From Gaiellales bacterium (GTDB lineage Bacteria; Actinomycetota; Thermoleophilia; Gaiellales; JAICJC01), in the NCBI GenBank assembly GCA_035553035.1, contig DATNEO010000195.1, positions 1 through 53,589 of the forward strand: a stretch of 53,589 nucleotides of DNA. The letters run 5' to 3'. Every line of letters starts with the position of its first letter. Within the stretch, counting starts at the first letter, position 1. The position numbers and the translations under genes were made by a program. The notes beneath the pieces were generated by a model, which worked only from the letters and a program-made list of their open reading frames with translations, ran no database searches and was not told the origin of the DNA. Below are positions 1 to 8,325 of the stretch, piece by piece.

Positions 1-2540
1 AGCATCGAGGTCTCGGTGCCGCTCAGATACAGCCCGGTGCGGCGCCCCAGGTCGCGATCGAGGCCGCGGGCGGTGTCGAGCAGACGCCACGCCCGGTCGT
101 CATCGCCGCCCAGCTGGGCGAGCGCAGCCTGACCGCGCAACAGCTCGAACCGAAAGGTCGGTCGCATCCCGAACTCGTCCATCAGCTCGCTCAGGAGGTG
201 CTCGGCCTCCGCCACCGGTGCCGGCGATGCGGTCAGCATGTCGCCCAGGATCGCGAGCGCCCAGACGGCATCGTCGCCCGAGCTGCGAAGCGCGTCCAGC
301 GCGCGTCGCGTCGCCGCCAAACCTTCGCCGGCGTGGCCCAGGCTGCGCTCGTCCTCCGCTCGGGTGCAGAGGGCCGCGGCCAGCGCCCGCTGATCGCCGA
401 GCGTCTCCAGTTCGCGCAGCGCGGCGTTGGTCTCGGCGAGCGCCCGGCGGTGGTCGTAGGCCCCGTCCGACGCGCCCAGCAGCAGCACCCGCGCGCGCAG
501 CTCGAGGGCGCGCAGGCCGAGCTGGGCTGCCCGGTCGGCTCCGTCCTCCAGCAGGCGCCTGCGCTCGAAGCGAGGCAGGAGGTTCCAGCCGGCCGCCGCC
601 AGCTCCACCATGGCCGCGGCCTGCAGCGGGCTGTCGTCGGGGAGCAGTTCCAGCGCGCGCTCCAGCAGGAGGCTGGCGCGCACGGGCTCCCCCATCGCAT
701 CCGCCCGCCGGCCGGCCGTCGCGAGCCGCGTCCCGGCCTGCTCACGAAGCGACGCCGTTTCGTCGTCCATCAGACCGAGCTCCACCCGTAGGCGGTACGC
801 GCGATCGAGGTGGTCTCCGACGGCCGCGTCGGTGGCATGCTGATCGTCGAGCCAGCCCGCCATCTGCGTGTGCAGCTCCGCACGCCGCTGCTTCGGGATC
901 AGTCCGTACGCCGCCTCCTGCAGCAGGGTGTGGGAGAACTGCCTGCGACCGCGCTGCGCGGTTCGCACGACCAGCTCGTGCTGCGCCAAGCGGCCCAGCT
1001 CCGCATCGACAGCCCTGCCGGTGAGCGCCTCGACGGCCGCCACCGGGAACTCGCGCCCCGCCACGGCGGCAACGCTGACCACCTCGCGCTCGGGCTCGGG
1101 TAGGGCCTCCAGTCGCGCGCTCAGGAGCACCTGGATCGATCGCGGCAGCCCGACGGAGGGGTCGTGCTCGGCGATCAGCGCGGCCAGGTGCTCGGCAAAC
1201 AGGGGATTGCCCTCCGCCGCCGCGATCACGCGGTCGGCCTGCTCGGCCGGAAGGCCGGGGCTGGCGCGGGCCAGGAGGCGGCGCGTCTCCGCGTCGTCCA
1301 GGCGTTCCAGGGCGAGGGACAGCGTGTTGGCGCCGCCGCCCCACCCGGTGCGGCGGTCGACGAACTCGGGCCGGGCCGTGCAGACCACGAGCAGCGACCG
1401 CCGCCGGCGACGGTCGGCCAGCTGCTCGATCGCGTCGAGCAGGGCATCCTCGGCCCAGTGCACGTCCTCGAACACGATCACGACCGGGCCCGTGTCTGCC
1501 ATCGCACCAAGCAGGCGCGACGCCGCCCATGACAGATCGACCGTTCCAGCGTTGTCTGCGTCGGCAAGGCAGGCGGTGACCGACGCGGCATCGGGATCAC
1601 CCGGCATCAGTGCGGCCACCCCCGGCTCGGTGAAGCGCCCGTCCGGGAAGGCCGCCCGGGCGGCTTCCACCAGCGGCTCCAGCGGCGAGGCTGACGCGGT
1701 TGCCCGGCAGTGGCCGGTCAGCGTGGTCGCGTCGCCGCCGCGGCGCAGCTCCGAGACCAGGCGCGACTTGCCGATGCCCGGCTGCCCCAGCATCGTCACG
1801 AGGTGCGGGCGCTGCAGCTGTTCGGTGCGGTCCGCCGTCAGGCGCACGAGCCCGAGCTCGGTCGCACGCCCGACCATGGGCAGGTCGAGACGGCGGCGGT
1901 GGCCCGGCGCGAGCGGATCGACGCTCTCGAGCAGCCAGGCTGCGAGCGGCTCGCTCTTTCCCTTCGCGGCCAGCGGCTCCACCTGGTGACCGTGGGCCGC
2001 GTGCGCGACCAGCGCCCAGGTGGCCTCTCCCACCAGCACCGTGCCCGGCGCGGCGGCCTGCTCCAGCCGCGCGGCGACGTTGACGGCGTCACCCACCACC
2101 AGCGAATCGCCCTGTGTGGCGCCGGTGGCCAGCACGTCACCGGTGTTGACGCCGATCCGGGCCTGGATCTCGCCCATGCCGGCAACGGCGTCTCGCATCT
2201 CGAGGGCAGCCCGCACGGCGCGCAGGGCGTCGTCCTCGTGCACGCTCGGGATCCCGAACACCGCGACCAGGGCGTCGCCGATCACCTTCTCGACCGTTCC
2301 GCCGTGGCGCTCCACCGGCTCGCGGATGGCGGCGTAGAAGCGCGCCATCAGGCCGCGCAGGATTTCGGGGTCGAACCGCTCGCCCAGCTGGGTCGACCCG
2401 ACCACGTCGCAGAACAGCACGGTGACGGTCTTACGCACCTCGCGGGAGGGCTCGGCCTCGGTGCCCACGGCGCCGCCGCACGCGTTGCAGAAGCGCGCCT
2501 GTTCCGGGTTCTCAACGCCGCATTGCGGGCAGGTGATCAC
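1..2540 (-). CDS. Class III adenylate/guanylate cyclase fused to P-loop ATPase and TPR-like helical repeats (3' end lies outside window)
   Basis: Absent from the ORF track because it runs off the window edge. Hand translation of the minus strand from GTG (2540-2538) gives VITCPQCGVENPEQARFCNACG (zinc ribbon). Next come RKTVTVLFCDVVGSTQLGE...IGDALVAVFG...RIGVNTGDV...VGDAVNVAARLEQ (cyclase catalytic domain) and MLGQPGIGKSRL (Walker A). Helical repeats continue down to nt 1 (...ELLRGQAALAQLGGDDDRAWRLLDTARGLD...). Codon phase at 2540 and at nt 5 agrees. Confidence 0.85.
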   Translation of the reverse strand, partial: MITCPQCGVENPEQARFCNACGGAVGTEAEPSREVRKTVTVLFCDVVGSTQLGERFDPEILRGLMARFYAAIREPVERHGGTVEKVIGDALVAVFGIPSVHEDDALRAVRAALEMRDAVAGMGEIQARIGVNTGDVLATGATQGDSLVVGDAVNVAARLEQAAAPGTVLVGEATWALVAHAAHGHQVEPLAAKGKSEPLAAWLLESVDPLAPGHRRRLDLPMVGRATELGLVRLTADRTEQLQRPHLVTMLGQPGIGKSRLVSELRRGGDATTLTGHCRATASASPLEPLVEAARAAFPDGRFTEPGVAALMPGDPDAASVTACLADADNAGTVDLSWAASRLLGAMADTGPVVIVFEDVHWAEDALLDAIEQLADRRRRRSLLVVCTARPEFVDRRTGWGGGANTLSLALERLDDAETRRLLARASPGLPAEQADRVIAAAEGNPLFAEHLAALIAEHDPSVGLPRSIQVLLSARLEALPEPEREVVSVAAVAGREFPVAAVEALTGRAVDAELGRLAQHELVVRTAQRGRRQFSHTLLQEAAYGLIPKQRRAELHTQMAGWLDDQHATDAAVGDHLDRAYRLRVELGLMDDETASLREQAGTRLATAGRRADAMGEPVRASLLLERALELLPDDSPLQAAAMVELAAAGWNLLPRFERRRLLEDGADRAAQLGLRALELRARVLLLGASDGAYDHRRALAETNAALRELETLGDQRALAAALCTRAEDERSLGHAGEGLAATRRALDALRSSGDDAVWALAILGDMLTASPAPVAEAEHLLSELMDEFGMRPTFRFELLRGQAALAQLGGDDDRAWRLLDTARGLDRDLGRRTGLYLSGTETSM

Positions 2541-2651
2541 GCGCGTGAGTCTACGCTGTGGCGCCTGCGGGAAGCCTTCAAGTAGGGTGGGGTGGGTGGT
2601 TTTGCGCCCCACCCCTTGTCAACGCGGGGAGAGTGGTGCAGTGTGGCGGGC

Positions 2652-2933
2652 ATGAGGGGGATCGTGTCGCTGGAGCAGCGGTTGGACGGGCACGTGCCCT
2701 CGCCTGCCACGCGCCGCGTCACCCGAGGGTCCTTCAACGGCGCGGCGCGTGGCGGCCTCCGCGCCCGCATCCAGGCCAGCACCGACCGGGCCGTCAGGAT
2801 CTTCGAGCTCGACCGGCTGTTGTACGACATCGAGGTCGAGGCGCAGGGCCGCTGGCTGCGCACGCTGATGGCGTTCGACGCCTACTGCGCCAGTCGTGAT
2901 GCCGGCGGGTCGCCGGACGCACCTGTGCGATAA
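2652..2933 (+). CDS. Hypothetical small protein
   Basis: Part of track ORF 2592..2933. ATG at 2652 (MRGIVSLEQRLDG...). Strong G/C bias at third positions, TAA stop. No family recognised; start uncertain. Confidence 0.45.
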   Translation: MRGIVSLEQRLDGHVPSPATRRVTRGSFNGAARGGLRARIQASTDRAVRIFELDRLLYDIEVEAQGRWLRTLMAFDAYCASRDAGGSPDAPVR

Positions 2934-2946
2934 TCCGGCGCTGTCG

Positions 2947-3020
2947 CGGGGCGTGGCGCAGCCTGGTAGCGCGCACCGTTCGGGTCGGTGAGGTCCCGAG
3001 TTCGAATCTCGGCGCCCCGA
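2947..3020 (+). tRNA. tRNA-Pro (anticodon CGG)
   Basis: Cloverleaf folded by hand. Acceptor CGGGGCG/CGCCCCG; D arm GCGC-AGCCTGGTA-GCGC; anticodon arm CACCG-TTCGGGT-CGGTG (anticodon CGG). Variable AGGTC; T arm CCGAG-TTCGAAT-CTCGG; discriminator A. CCA is not encoded. Confidence 0.93.
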
Positions 3021-3023
3021 TAC

Positions 3024-3060
3024 GAGGGATCGGCCCGACCAGGCCGATCCCTCTTCTTGC
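3024..3060. terminator. Bidirectional hairpin terminator between tRNA-Pro and the convergent GST gene
   Basis: Perfect 12-bp stem GAGGGATCGGCC / GGCCGATCCCTC (3024-3035 / 3042-3053), 6-nt loop, followed by TTCTTGC. Confidence 0.6.
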
Positions 3061-3070
3061 ATATCCGGAG

Positions 3071-3694
3071 CTACTCGAGTCCCTGCTCCGTCATCATCCG
3101 CTGGACACCGGGCCGTTGCAGCACGCGGTCGAAGTGCTCGCCCAGGCTCGGTGAATCCCATGCCGGCGGTTCCTGAAAACGCCCCCACCGCGTCAGCATG
3201 AAGAGGAACAGGTCGGCGACGGTCAGCGCCTCGCCGACCAGCCACGGGCGTGTGGCCAGCTCGCCGTCGATCCAGCCGATGTGCCGGCGCAACGTCGCGG
3301 CAGCGCGCTCGCGGATCGCCTCCGCGCCCTCCGGGTCGGTCGTGAACCGCTCGGGGTAGAACCAGTGCATGTAGGTCGCCTGCACGGCGTACGAGAGGTA
3401 TGAGAGCCACCGGTAGAGCTCCGAGCGGGCCCGTGTTCCGACAGGGGCGCCGAGGCCGGCCTCGGGGAAGCGATCGGCGATGTGCAGCATGATCGCCGCC
3501 GCCTCGGTCAGGACGAGATCGCCATCCTCGAGGGTCGGCACCTGCCCCCACGGGTTGAGCGCCAGGTACGCGGACGGTCGCTGCCCGCGGTCGTCCTCTT
3601 CCACCAGCACCAGCGTGTAATCGGCCCCGGCCTCGGCAAGCGCTGCGTGCGGTGCCAGCGCAGCCGTGCCGGGGATGTAGTGGAGTCGCAACAT
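3071..3694 (-). CDS. Glutathione S-transferase family protein
   Basis: Track ORF 3071..3802 trimmed to ATG 3694 (MLRLHYIPGTAALAPH...). GST N-domain signature LNPWGQVPTLEDGDLVLTEAAAI plus a helical C-domain. TACCAT hexamer lies 6 nt upstream of this ATG. Confidence 0.85.
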   Translation of the reverse strand: MLRLHYIPGTAALAPHAALAEAGADYTLVLVEEDDRGQRPSAYLALNPWGQVPTLEDGDLVLTEAAAIMLHIADRFPEAGLGAPVGTRARSELYRWLSYLSYAVQATYMHWFYPERFTTDPEGAEAIRERAAATLRRHIGWIDGELATRPWLVGEALTVADLFLFMLTRWGRFQEPPAWDSPSLGEHFDRVLQRPGVQRMMTEQGLE

Positions 3695-3700
3695 CGGCGG

Positions 3701-3706
3701 ATGGTA
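3701..3706 (-). promoter_or_regulatory. -10-like TANNNT hexamer (TACCAT) 6 nt upstream of the GST ATG (leaderless-type geometry)
   Basis: Minus-strand sequence GGATACCATCCGCCG-ATG. Confidence 0.35.
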
Positions 3707-3723
3707 TCCGCCCGTGCTCTTCT

Positions 3724-3993
3724 TCAACCGCCCAAGCAGTCTGTACGAGCGACTTCGCGCTCCCTCGTCCTGTTCACCGGCAGCAACCGAAACGGATCCC
3801 ACCCCTTCACACCTGCAGCCGAGGCTCGCAGATCGAGCAGGTAGCCCGCGAGTTCAGGATTCGTCTCGATGTCCGCGCGAACGCCGTCAAGCGCACATCC
3901 CTGGCCTGCCCAGAAGGGACAGGAGTTGCCGGGGCAGCGCTCATCCCGACCCACCGCATCCTGGAGTGAGCAGTTGTGAGGCTCCGGCCCCAT
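3724..3993 (-). CDS. Small Cys-rich hypothetical protein
   Basis: Inside track ORF 3724..4026. The ATG at 3993 overlaps the TGA of the upstream ORF (TGATG), suggesting translational coupling. Sequence MGPEPHNCSLQDAVGRDERCPGNSCPFWAGQGCALDG... has five Cys in the first 35 residues. G/C third-position bias is good in the first two thirds and weaker at the end. Confidence 0.4.
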   Translation of the reverse strand: MGPEPHNCSLQDAVGRDERCPGNSCPFWAGQGCALDGVRADIETNPELAGYLLDLRASAAGVKGWDPFRLLPVNRTREREVARTDCLGG

Positions 3994-4301
3994 CACGCGA
4001 CGTAGGTGTTGGACGTTGCGTGCCATTCGAACGACTCCGGAAGCATGCGCGGGCTCGACACGAGAGTGCCAAGCTTGGCGAGCTCGGAGGCGCCGAGTGT
4101 CGATACAAGCCGCTGCGCATCCGTCACGGGCTGCGGGCCCGCGAACACCAGCACGAGGTCGGTGTCGCCCAGGAAGGCCTCGTGTCGAGTGAACCCCTGC
4201 TGCTCCAGGTCAAACGGTGGACCCTGGCGGAGCAGCAGCTTGAGCTCGGCCCGCTTGCCGGGACGGATCTGGGCGATGATCGCTGCCTGACGTTCCTTCA
4301 T
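3993..4301 (-). CDS. Hypothetical small protein
   Basis: Track ORF 3993..4352 trimmed to ATG 4301 (MKERQAAIIAQIRPGKRAEL...), preceded by AGGAGGATCACC (strong SD). No family recognised. Confidence 0.55.
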   Translation of the reverse strand: MKERQAAIIAQIRPGKRAELKLLLRQGPPFDLEQQGFTRHEAFLGDTDLVLVFAGPQPVTDAQRLVSTLGASELAKLGTLVSSPRMLPESFEWHATSNTYVA

Positions 4302-4401
4302 GGTGATCCTCCTTGGTGTCGGCAGTCTGGCCGCTGCGGCCACCGCCCGCATCGGGGGGACACGGGATCCCGCATGCGGATAGTCCGCAGGTGGGCTGCT
4401 C

Positions 4402-4407
4402 TAGACT
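4402..4407 (+). promoter_or_regulatory. -10-like hexamer TAGACT 7 nt upstream of the sensor-kinase GTG (leaderless-type geometry)
   Basis: Sequence CTAGACT-CGCAGGC-GTG. A 10-bp perfect palindrome CCGCATGCGG (4370-4379) lies in the -35 region. Confidence 0.4.
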
Positions 4408-4414
4408 CGCAGGC

Positions 4415-6115
4415 GTGGATGAATCCGCGATCGCAGGGACGGAACGGTGGCAGGCGGTGCTCGAGGCGGGCATCGCCGTGGCCAGCGGGCTCGAGCTGGA
4501 TGAGGTGCTGCGCCGGTTGGTGGAGGCCGGACGGGCGCTGACCGGCGCGCGCTATTCGGCGCTGGGCGTGCTGGACGAGACCGGCAACGAGCTCTCGCAG
4601 TTCATCACGTCGGGCATCGACGACGAGCAGCGACGGCTGATCGGCGCGCTTCCGCGAGGACGGGGGATCCTCGGGGTGCTGATCCACGACGCGACGCCCC
4701 TGCGGCTGGCCGATCTTGGCGACGATCCCCGCTCGGTCGGCTTCCCGCCGAATCACCCGCCGATGCACTCGTTCCTGGGGGTGCCCATCACCGCAGGCGG
4801 CGCGGTGTTCGGCAACCTGTATCTGACCGAGCGCGACGAGGGGGAGTTCACCGCGGAGGACGAAGAGATCGCAACCCTGCTGGCCGCACATGCCGGCGTG
4901 GCGATCCAGAACGCGCGTCTCTACGCCCAGGCCCATGAGCACGCGGAAGCGCTGCGCAGGGCGCTGACCGATCTCTCTTCGGTGTCTGAGATCAACGAGG
5001 CCATCCTCAGCGGCCGGCCCCAGCGGCAGGTGCTGGGCTTGATCGCCGACCGCGCCCGCGAGAGCCTCGGCGCTCGTCTGATCGCCATCGCCATCCCGAA
5101 CGCCGACCGCAGCCGGTCGACCTTTGTGGCCGTTGCGGGGGACGGCCGCGACCACGTGCTCGGCTCGTCGGTGGGGGCGGACTCGACGACCGGAACCGTG
5201 CTGCTGGCGCGGCGCGCCCTGACGATCGACGACCCCGACGCCGGCGACGAGCTCGGGGCTCGGACGGCCGCCTTCGTGCCACTCGTCCACAGGGGTGATG
5301 CGCTCGGCGTGATCGCGGCAGCCGACCCGGCCGACGGCCGCCAGTTCGACGACGACGATCTGGGCGTGCTGGGCTTGTTCGCGGCGCGGGCCGTGCTCGC
5401 CCTGGAGGTGAGCCGGGCCTTGGAGGGAGAACGGCGGCGGGTCGAGGCCGAGGCGCGGTTGGCCGACGCTGAGCGTCGCAGCCAGGCGCGGCGCGAGACG
5501 CTGGTGCGGATCGTCGAAGCCCAGGAGGAGGAACGAGGGCGGATCGCCCGCGAGCTGCACGATGAGTTCGGGCAGCATCTCGCGTCGGTGTTGCTCGGCC
5601 TGCGCCTGGTCGAGCAGGCCGGAGTCGCTGATGAAGCCCGCGAGGCCGTGGCGGAGCTGGTGCAGACGATCAACGCGGCGATCAGCCAGCTGCGAACGCT
5701 TGCCATCGAGCTTCGTCCGACCGCGCTCGACGACCTCGGGCTGGTCGCGGCGCTGGAGCGGTTGACCGAGTCGTACTCGCGCCGCACCGGTGTGGTCGTC
5801 GAGCTGGACGTCGACGAGATCGAGGACAGGCTGCCCCCGCTGGTCGAAACGACCGTGTACCGCGTCGTGCAGGAGAGCCTGACGAACGTCGCCAAGCACG
5901 CGGGCGCCGAGACGGTGATCGTCCGAGGCCAGCTGCGCGGCTCGGAGCTCCTGGTGACGGTGACCGACGACGGCAAGGGATTCGATCCCAGCGACCAACC
6001 TGGAGGGTTCGGTCTCAACTCGATGCGGGAGCGATCGGAGATGGTGTCGGGCAGCGTGCGGGTGACGTCCTCGCCTGGCAGCGGCACGACCGTCGAACTG
6101 CGGGTGCCCAGATGA
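4415..6115 (+). CDS. devS: DevS/DosS-like tandem-GAF heme sensor histidine kinase (HisKA_3 + HATPase)
   Basis: Track ORF 4313..6115 (TTG start only 12 nt from the divergent gene). I prefer the in-frame GTG at 4415. GAF-A carries GFPPNHPPMHSFLGVPI...GNLYLTERDEG, close to the M. tuberculosis DevS heme pocket GFPPYHPPMRTFLGVPV...LYLTDK (from memory). A second GAF follows, then H-box RIARELHDEFGQHL and the ATPase motifs NVAKHA, DDGKGF, GGFGL. Confidence 0.9.
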   Translation: MDESAIAGTERWQAVLEAGIAVASGLELDEVLRRLVEAGRALTGARYSALGVLDETGNELSQFITSGIDDEQRRLIGALPRGRGILGVLIHDATPLRLADLGDDPRSVGFPPNHPPMHSFLGVPITAGGAVFGNLYLTERDEGEFTAEDEEIATLLAAHAGVAIQNARLYAQAHEHAEALRRALTDLSSVSEINEAILSGRPQRQVLGLIADRARESLGARLIAIAIPNADRSRSTFVAVAGDGRDHVLGSSVGADSTTGTVLLARRALTIDDPDAGDELGARTAAFVPLVHRGDALGVIAAADPADGRQFDDDDLGVLGLFAARAVLALEVSRALEGERRRVEAEARLADAERRSQARRETLVRIVEAQEEERGRIARELHDEFGQHLASVLLGLRLVEQAGVADEAREAVAELVQTINAAISQLRTLAIELRPTALDDLGLVAALERLTESYSRRTGVVVELDVDEIEDRLPPLVETTVYRVVQESLTNVAKHAGAETVIVRGQLRGSELLVTVTDDGKGFDPSDQPGGFGLNSMRERSEMVSGSVRVTSSPGSGTTVELRVPR

Positions 6116-6747
6116 TGCGCGTGCTGATCGTGGATGACCACGCACTGGTGCGCGCCGGGATCGCGCTGCTGGTCGGCCACCAGGATGACATGGAGCCAGT
6201 GGGACAGGCGGGGACCGCGGCCGAGGCCATCAAGCTCGCATGCGACCTGACGCCCGACATCATCCTGCTGGACGTGACGATGCCCGGCGGCGGCGGCCTG
6301 GAGTGCCTCCCCAAGCTGCTGGCCGCCGCGCCCGACGCGAGGGTGCTGATGCTCTCGATGCACGAGGATCCCAACTACGTGCGCGCTGCGCTCGGCGCGG
6401 GCGCCTCCGGCTACGTGCTGAAGGACGCGGCCTACGAGGAGCTGGTCGATGCCATCCGCAAGGTGGCTGCCGGCCACGCCTACGTCACACCCGCGCTGGG
6501 GGCCAGGCTGGCGGTTCGCCCGGAGCCCGACGACGATGACGAGTTGTCCGATCGAGAGCGCGAGGTTCTGTCGTTACTGGCGCGTGGGTACACGAACCAG
6601 GAGATCGCGTCGCGGCTGTTCGTGAGCGTTCGCACGGTCGAGTCGCACCGAGCGCACATCCTCGTCAAGCTGCGGCTCTCGACCCGCGCCGATCTCGTCA
6701 ACTACGCCCTCGAGACCGGGTTGCTGCGGCCCGAAACGGAACGCTAG
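6112..6747 (+). CDS. devR: DevR/DosR-like NarL/LuxR-family response regulator
   Basis: ATGA overlap with the kinase stop. Receiver domain RVLIVDDHALVR...DIILLDVTMPG. C-terminal LuxR HTH: LSDREREVLSLLARGYTNQEIASRLFVSVRTVESHRAHILVKL. Confidence 0.92.
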   Translation: MMRVLIVDDHALVRAGIALLVGHQDDMEPVGQAGTAAEAIKLACDLTPDIILLDVTMPGGGGLECLPKLLAAAPDARVLMLSMHEDPNYVRAALGAGASGYVLKDAAYEELVDAIRKVAAGHAYVTPALGARLAVRPEPDDDDELSDREREVLSLLARGYTNQEIASRLFVSVRTVESHRAHILVKLRLSTRADLVNYALETGLLRPETER

Positions 6748-7121
6748 ACCGGCCCATCACCGGATTCCGAGATCGCAAGCACCGGACGCGACGAGGTCTC
6801 GAGCAGCCGCTGGGCCATACCGCTGCCGGCAACGCCGCTGTTGGATCCAACAAGCAGCAGATCTGCGTGCCAGGCATCGGCCAGACGCACGATCACAGAC
6901 GCCGTGTCGCGGCCGTCGGCCACGACCGCGAGCCGAGCGGGCACGCCGTCGCTGCGGAGCTGCGTGACCCGCCGGCGGGTCGATCGGCTGACGCTGGAGG
7001 TGCCCCCAATGCACACCACCAGCACACCCGACCCGTAGTGGCCGGCCAGTCGCTGTGCGTAGGCGAGCACTGCCTCGGGTCCCGACGAACCGTCGATTGC
7101 GAGCAGGATCGTTTCGAACAT
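6744..7121 (-). CDS. Universal stress protein (UspA family), degenerate ATP motif
   Basis: Track ORF 6744..7172 trimmed to ATG 7121 (MFETILLAIDGSSGPEAVLAYA...). Usp fold signature. The stop shares CTAG with the regulator stop. Confidence 0.8.
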   Translation of the reverse strand: MFETILLAIDGSSGPEAVLAYAQRLAGHYGSGVLVVCIGGTSSVSRSTRRRVTQLRSDGVPARLAVVADGRDTASVIVRLADAWHADLLLVGSNSGVAGSGMAQRLLETSSRPVLAISESGDGPV

Positions 7122-7259
7122 GTCCTCATGGTGGTCGGATACGCGGGCTGCCGCATCCGGGTCGCCACCCACAAGCGATGGGCGGAAACCCGGATGCGAA
7201 CACGCGCCGTTCCGGGCGATGCTTGCTGGACAACCGCCGTCTGCGAAGAGGGGGAAATC

Positions 7260-7739
7260 ATGTTCAAGAAGATCCTGCTGGGGCTCGACGGGTCGCCCGA
7301 GTCAGCCCGGGCGCTCGACCTGGCCACGAAGATCGCCGCCGACGATTCGGCGCACATCGATATCGTGCACGTGCGCGAGTACATGCTCGCCGGCCGCGCC
7401 GGCATGCAGACCACCCGCGTCAACGAGGACGATCTCGAAGCGATCGTCCGCAAGCAGGCCGACGCGCTGGTGGCCGGTGGGGCGGACGTCACACTCACCG
7501 TGGTCAGCAGCACCACGGGCGGTCCGGCACATGTGCTCGCCGATCAGGCCGGTGACCGCGGCGCCGACGTGATCATCGTCGGCACTCGCGGGCATACCGG
7601 ACTTGCCGGCCTGCTGCTGGGCAGCGTGACGCAGCGGCTGCTGCACATCAGCCCTTGCCCGGTGATGGCCGTCCCCGCTCCGATCGGCGCCAGGCATGGC
7701 GCGGAAACGAGCGAGACCGCGGCCACCGCGGCCGTCTGA
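7260..7739 (+). CDS. Universal stress protein (UspA family)
   Basis: Real start ATG 7260 inside track ORF 6867..7739, preceded by GAAGAGGGGGAAATC. MFKKILLGLDGSPESARAL... ATP motif GTRGHTGLAGLLLGSVTQRLL. Confidence 0.9.
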   Translation: MFKKILLGLDGSPESARALDLATKIAADDSAHIDIVHVREYMLAGRAGMQTTRVNEDDLEAIVRKQADALVAGGADVTLTVVSSTTGGPAHVLADQAGDRGADVIIVGTRGHTGLAGLLLGSVTQRLLHISPCPVMAVPAPIGARHGAETSETAATAAV

Positions 7740-7778
7740 GTCGATTGATGACTCAGCGAGGCTGGCTTGCGACGCTGT

Positions 7779-7804
7779 CGGTCGGGTCAAGCGCGACCCG
7801 GCCG
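7779..7804 (+). terminator. Hairpin downstream of the USP gene
   Basis: CGGTCGGGTC-AAGCGC-GACCCGGCCG: 10-bp stem with one mismatch, about 40 nt after the stop at 7739, no T tract. Confidence 0.35.
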
Positions 7805-7896
7805 GCAACGGCCGCTGCGCGACCGTGGTTTACCGCAATCGCGGCCTGTGGGGATCCCCGACGCAGGCACCGCGAACGCCTGCAAGAATCCGGGGC

Positions 7897-8325
7897 ATGA
7901 TCGTTGTCGGCATAGACGGTTCGGCCGGCTCGCGGGCGGCGCTGCAGTTCGCGGCCGACGAGGCGAGCCTCCGCCAGACCCAGCTTCGAGTCGCGTCGGC
8001 CTGGCACGTGCCAACGGGCGTCTACATGCCGCCGACCTACATGGACCTCGACCTCGACGCGTTTCGGCAGACGGCATCTGACGTCGCCGAGCGGCAGGTT
8101 GTCGACGTGTTGGGGGCCGAACGCGCAGCCACCGTCGACGTTGTGATCCGTGAGGGAAGCCCCGCCGAGGTGTTGATCGCCGAATCCCGCCGGGCCGAGC
8201 TGCTCGTGGTTGGCTCACGCGGGCACGGCGGCTTCGCCGGCCTGCTGCTCGGGTCGGTCAGCCAGCATTGCGCCGCTCACGCGCACTGCCCGGTGGTCGT
8301 GGTTCGCGGCAACGACGCAGCCTGA
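7897..8325 (+). CDS. Universal stress protein (UspA family)
   Basis: ATG 7897 inside track ORF 7696..8325. MIVVGIDGSAGSRAALQFA... ATP motif GSRGHGGFAGLLLGSVSQHC. Confidence 0.9.
   Translation: MIVVGIDGSAGSRAALQFAADEASLRQTQLRVASAWHVPTGVYMPPTYMDLDLDAFRQTASDVAERQVVDVLGAERAATVDVVIREGSPAEVLIAESRRAELLVVGSRGHGGFAGLLLGSVSQHCAAHAHCPVVVVRGNDAA

Noticed and set aside
2947-3694. tRNA-Pro as a possible integration site for a genomic island (GST and small ORFs downstream).
   Set aside because: I saw no integrase or recombinase gene, no direct repeat of the tRNA 3' end, and no compositional break. The hairpin after the tRNA is an ordinary shared terminator.
4298-6477. Very long minus-strand ORFs (4298..6145, 4921..6477) antisense to the sensor kinase. 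Similar cases: 11453..13210(-), 14374..15804(-), 15657..17225(-), 32552..34396(-), 36104..37699(+), 43707..45479(+), 19043..21007(-).
   Set aside because: Their products are Arg/Gly/Pro/Ala-rich low-complexity strings with no recognisable motifs. Each lies opposite a gene with clear family signatures. Long stop-free antisense frames are expected in very GC-rich DNA.
7783-7800. Palindrome CGGGTC-AAGCGC-GACCCG, considered as a DosR-box-like operator. The hexamer CGGGTC/GACCCG or ACCCGG also appears near 7157, 7188, 9236, 10148 and 10770.
   Set aside because: It lies about 40 nt after a USP stop and extends to a 10-bp stem, so a terminator hairpin is the simpler reading. The hexamer is GC-rich and I cannot show enrichment without a genome-wide count.
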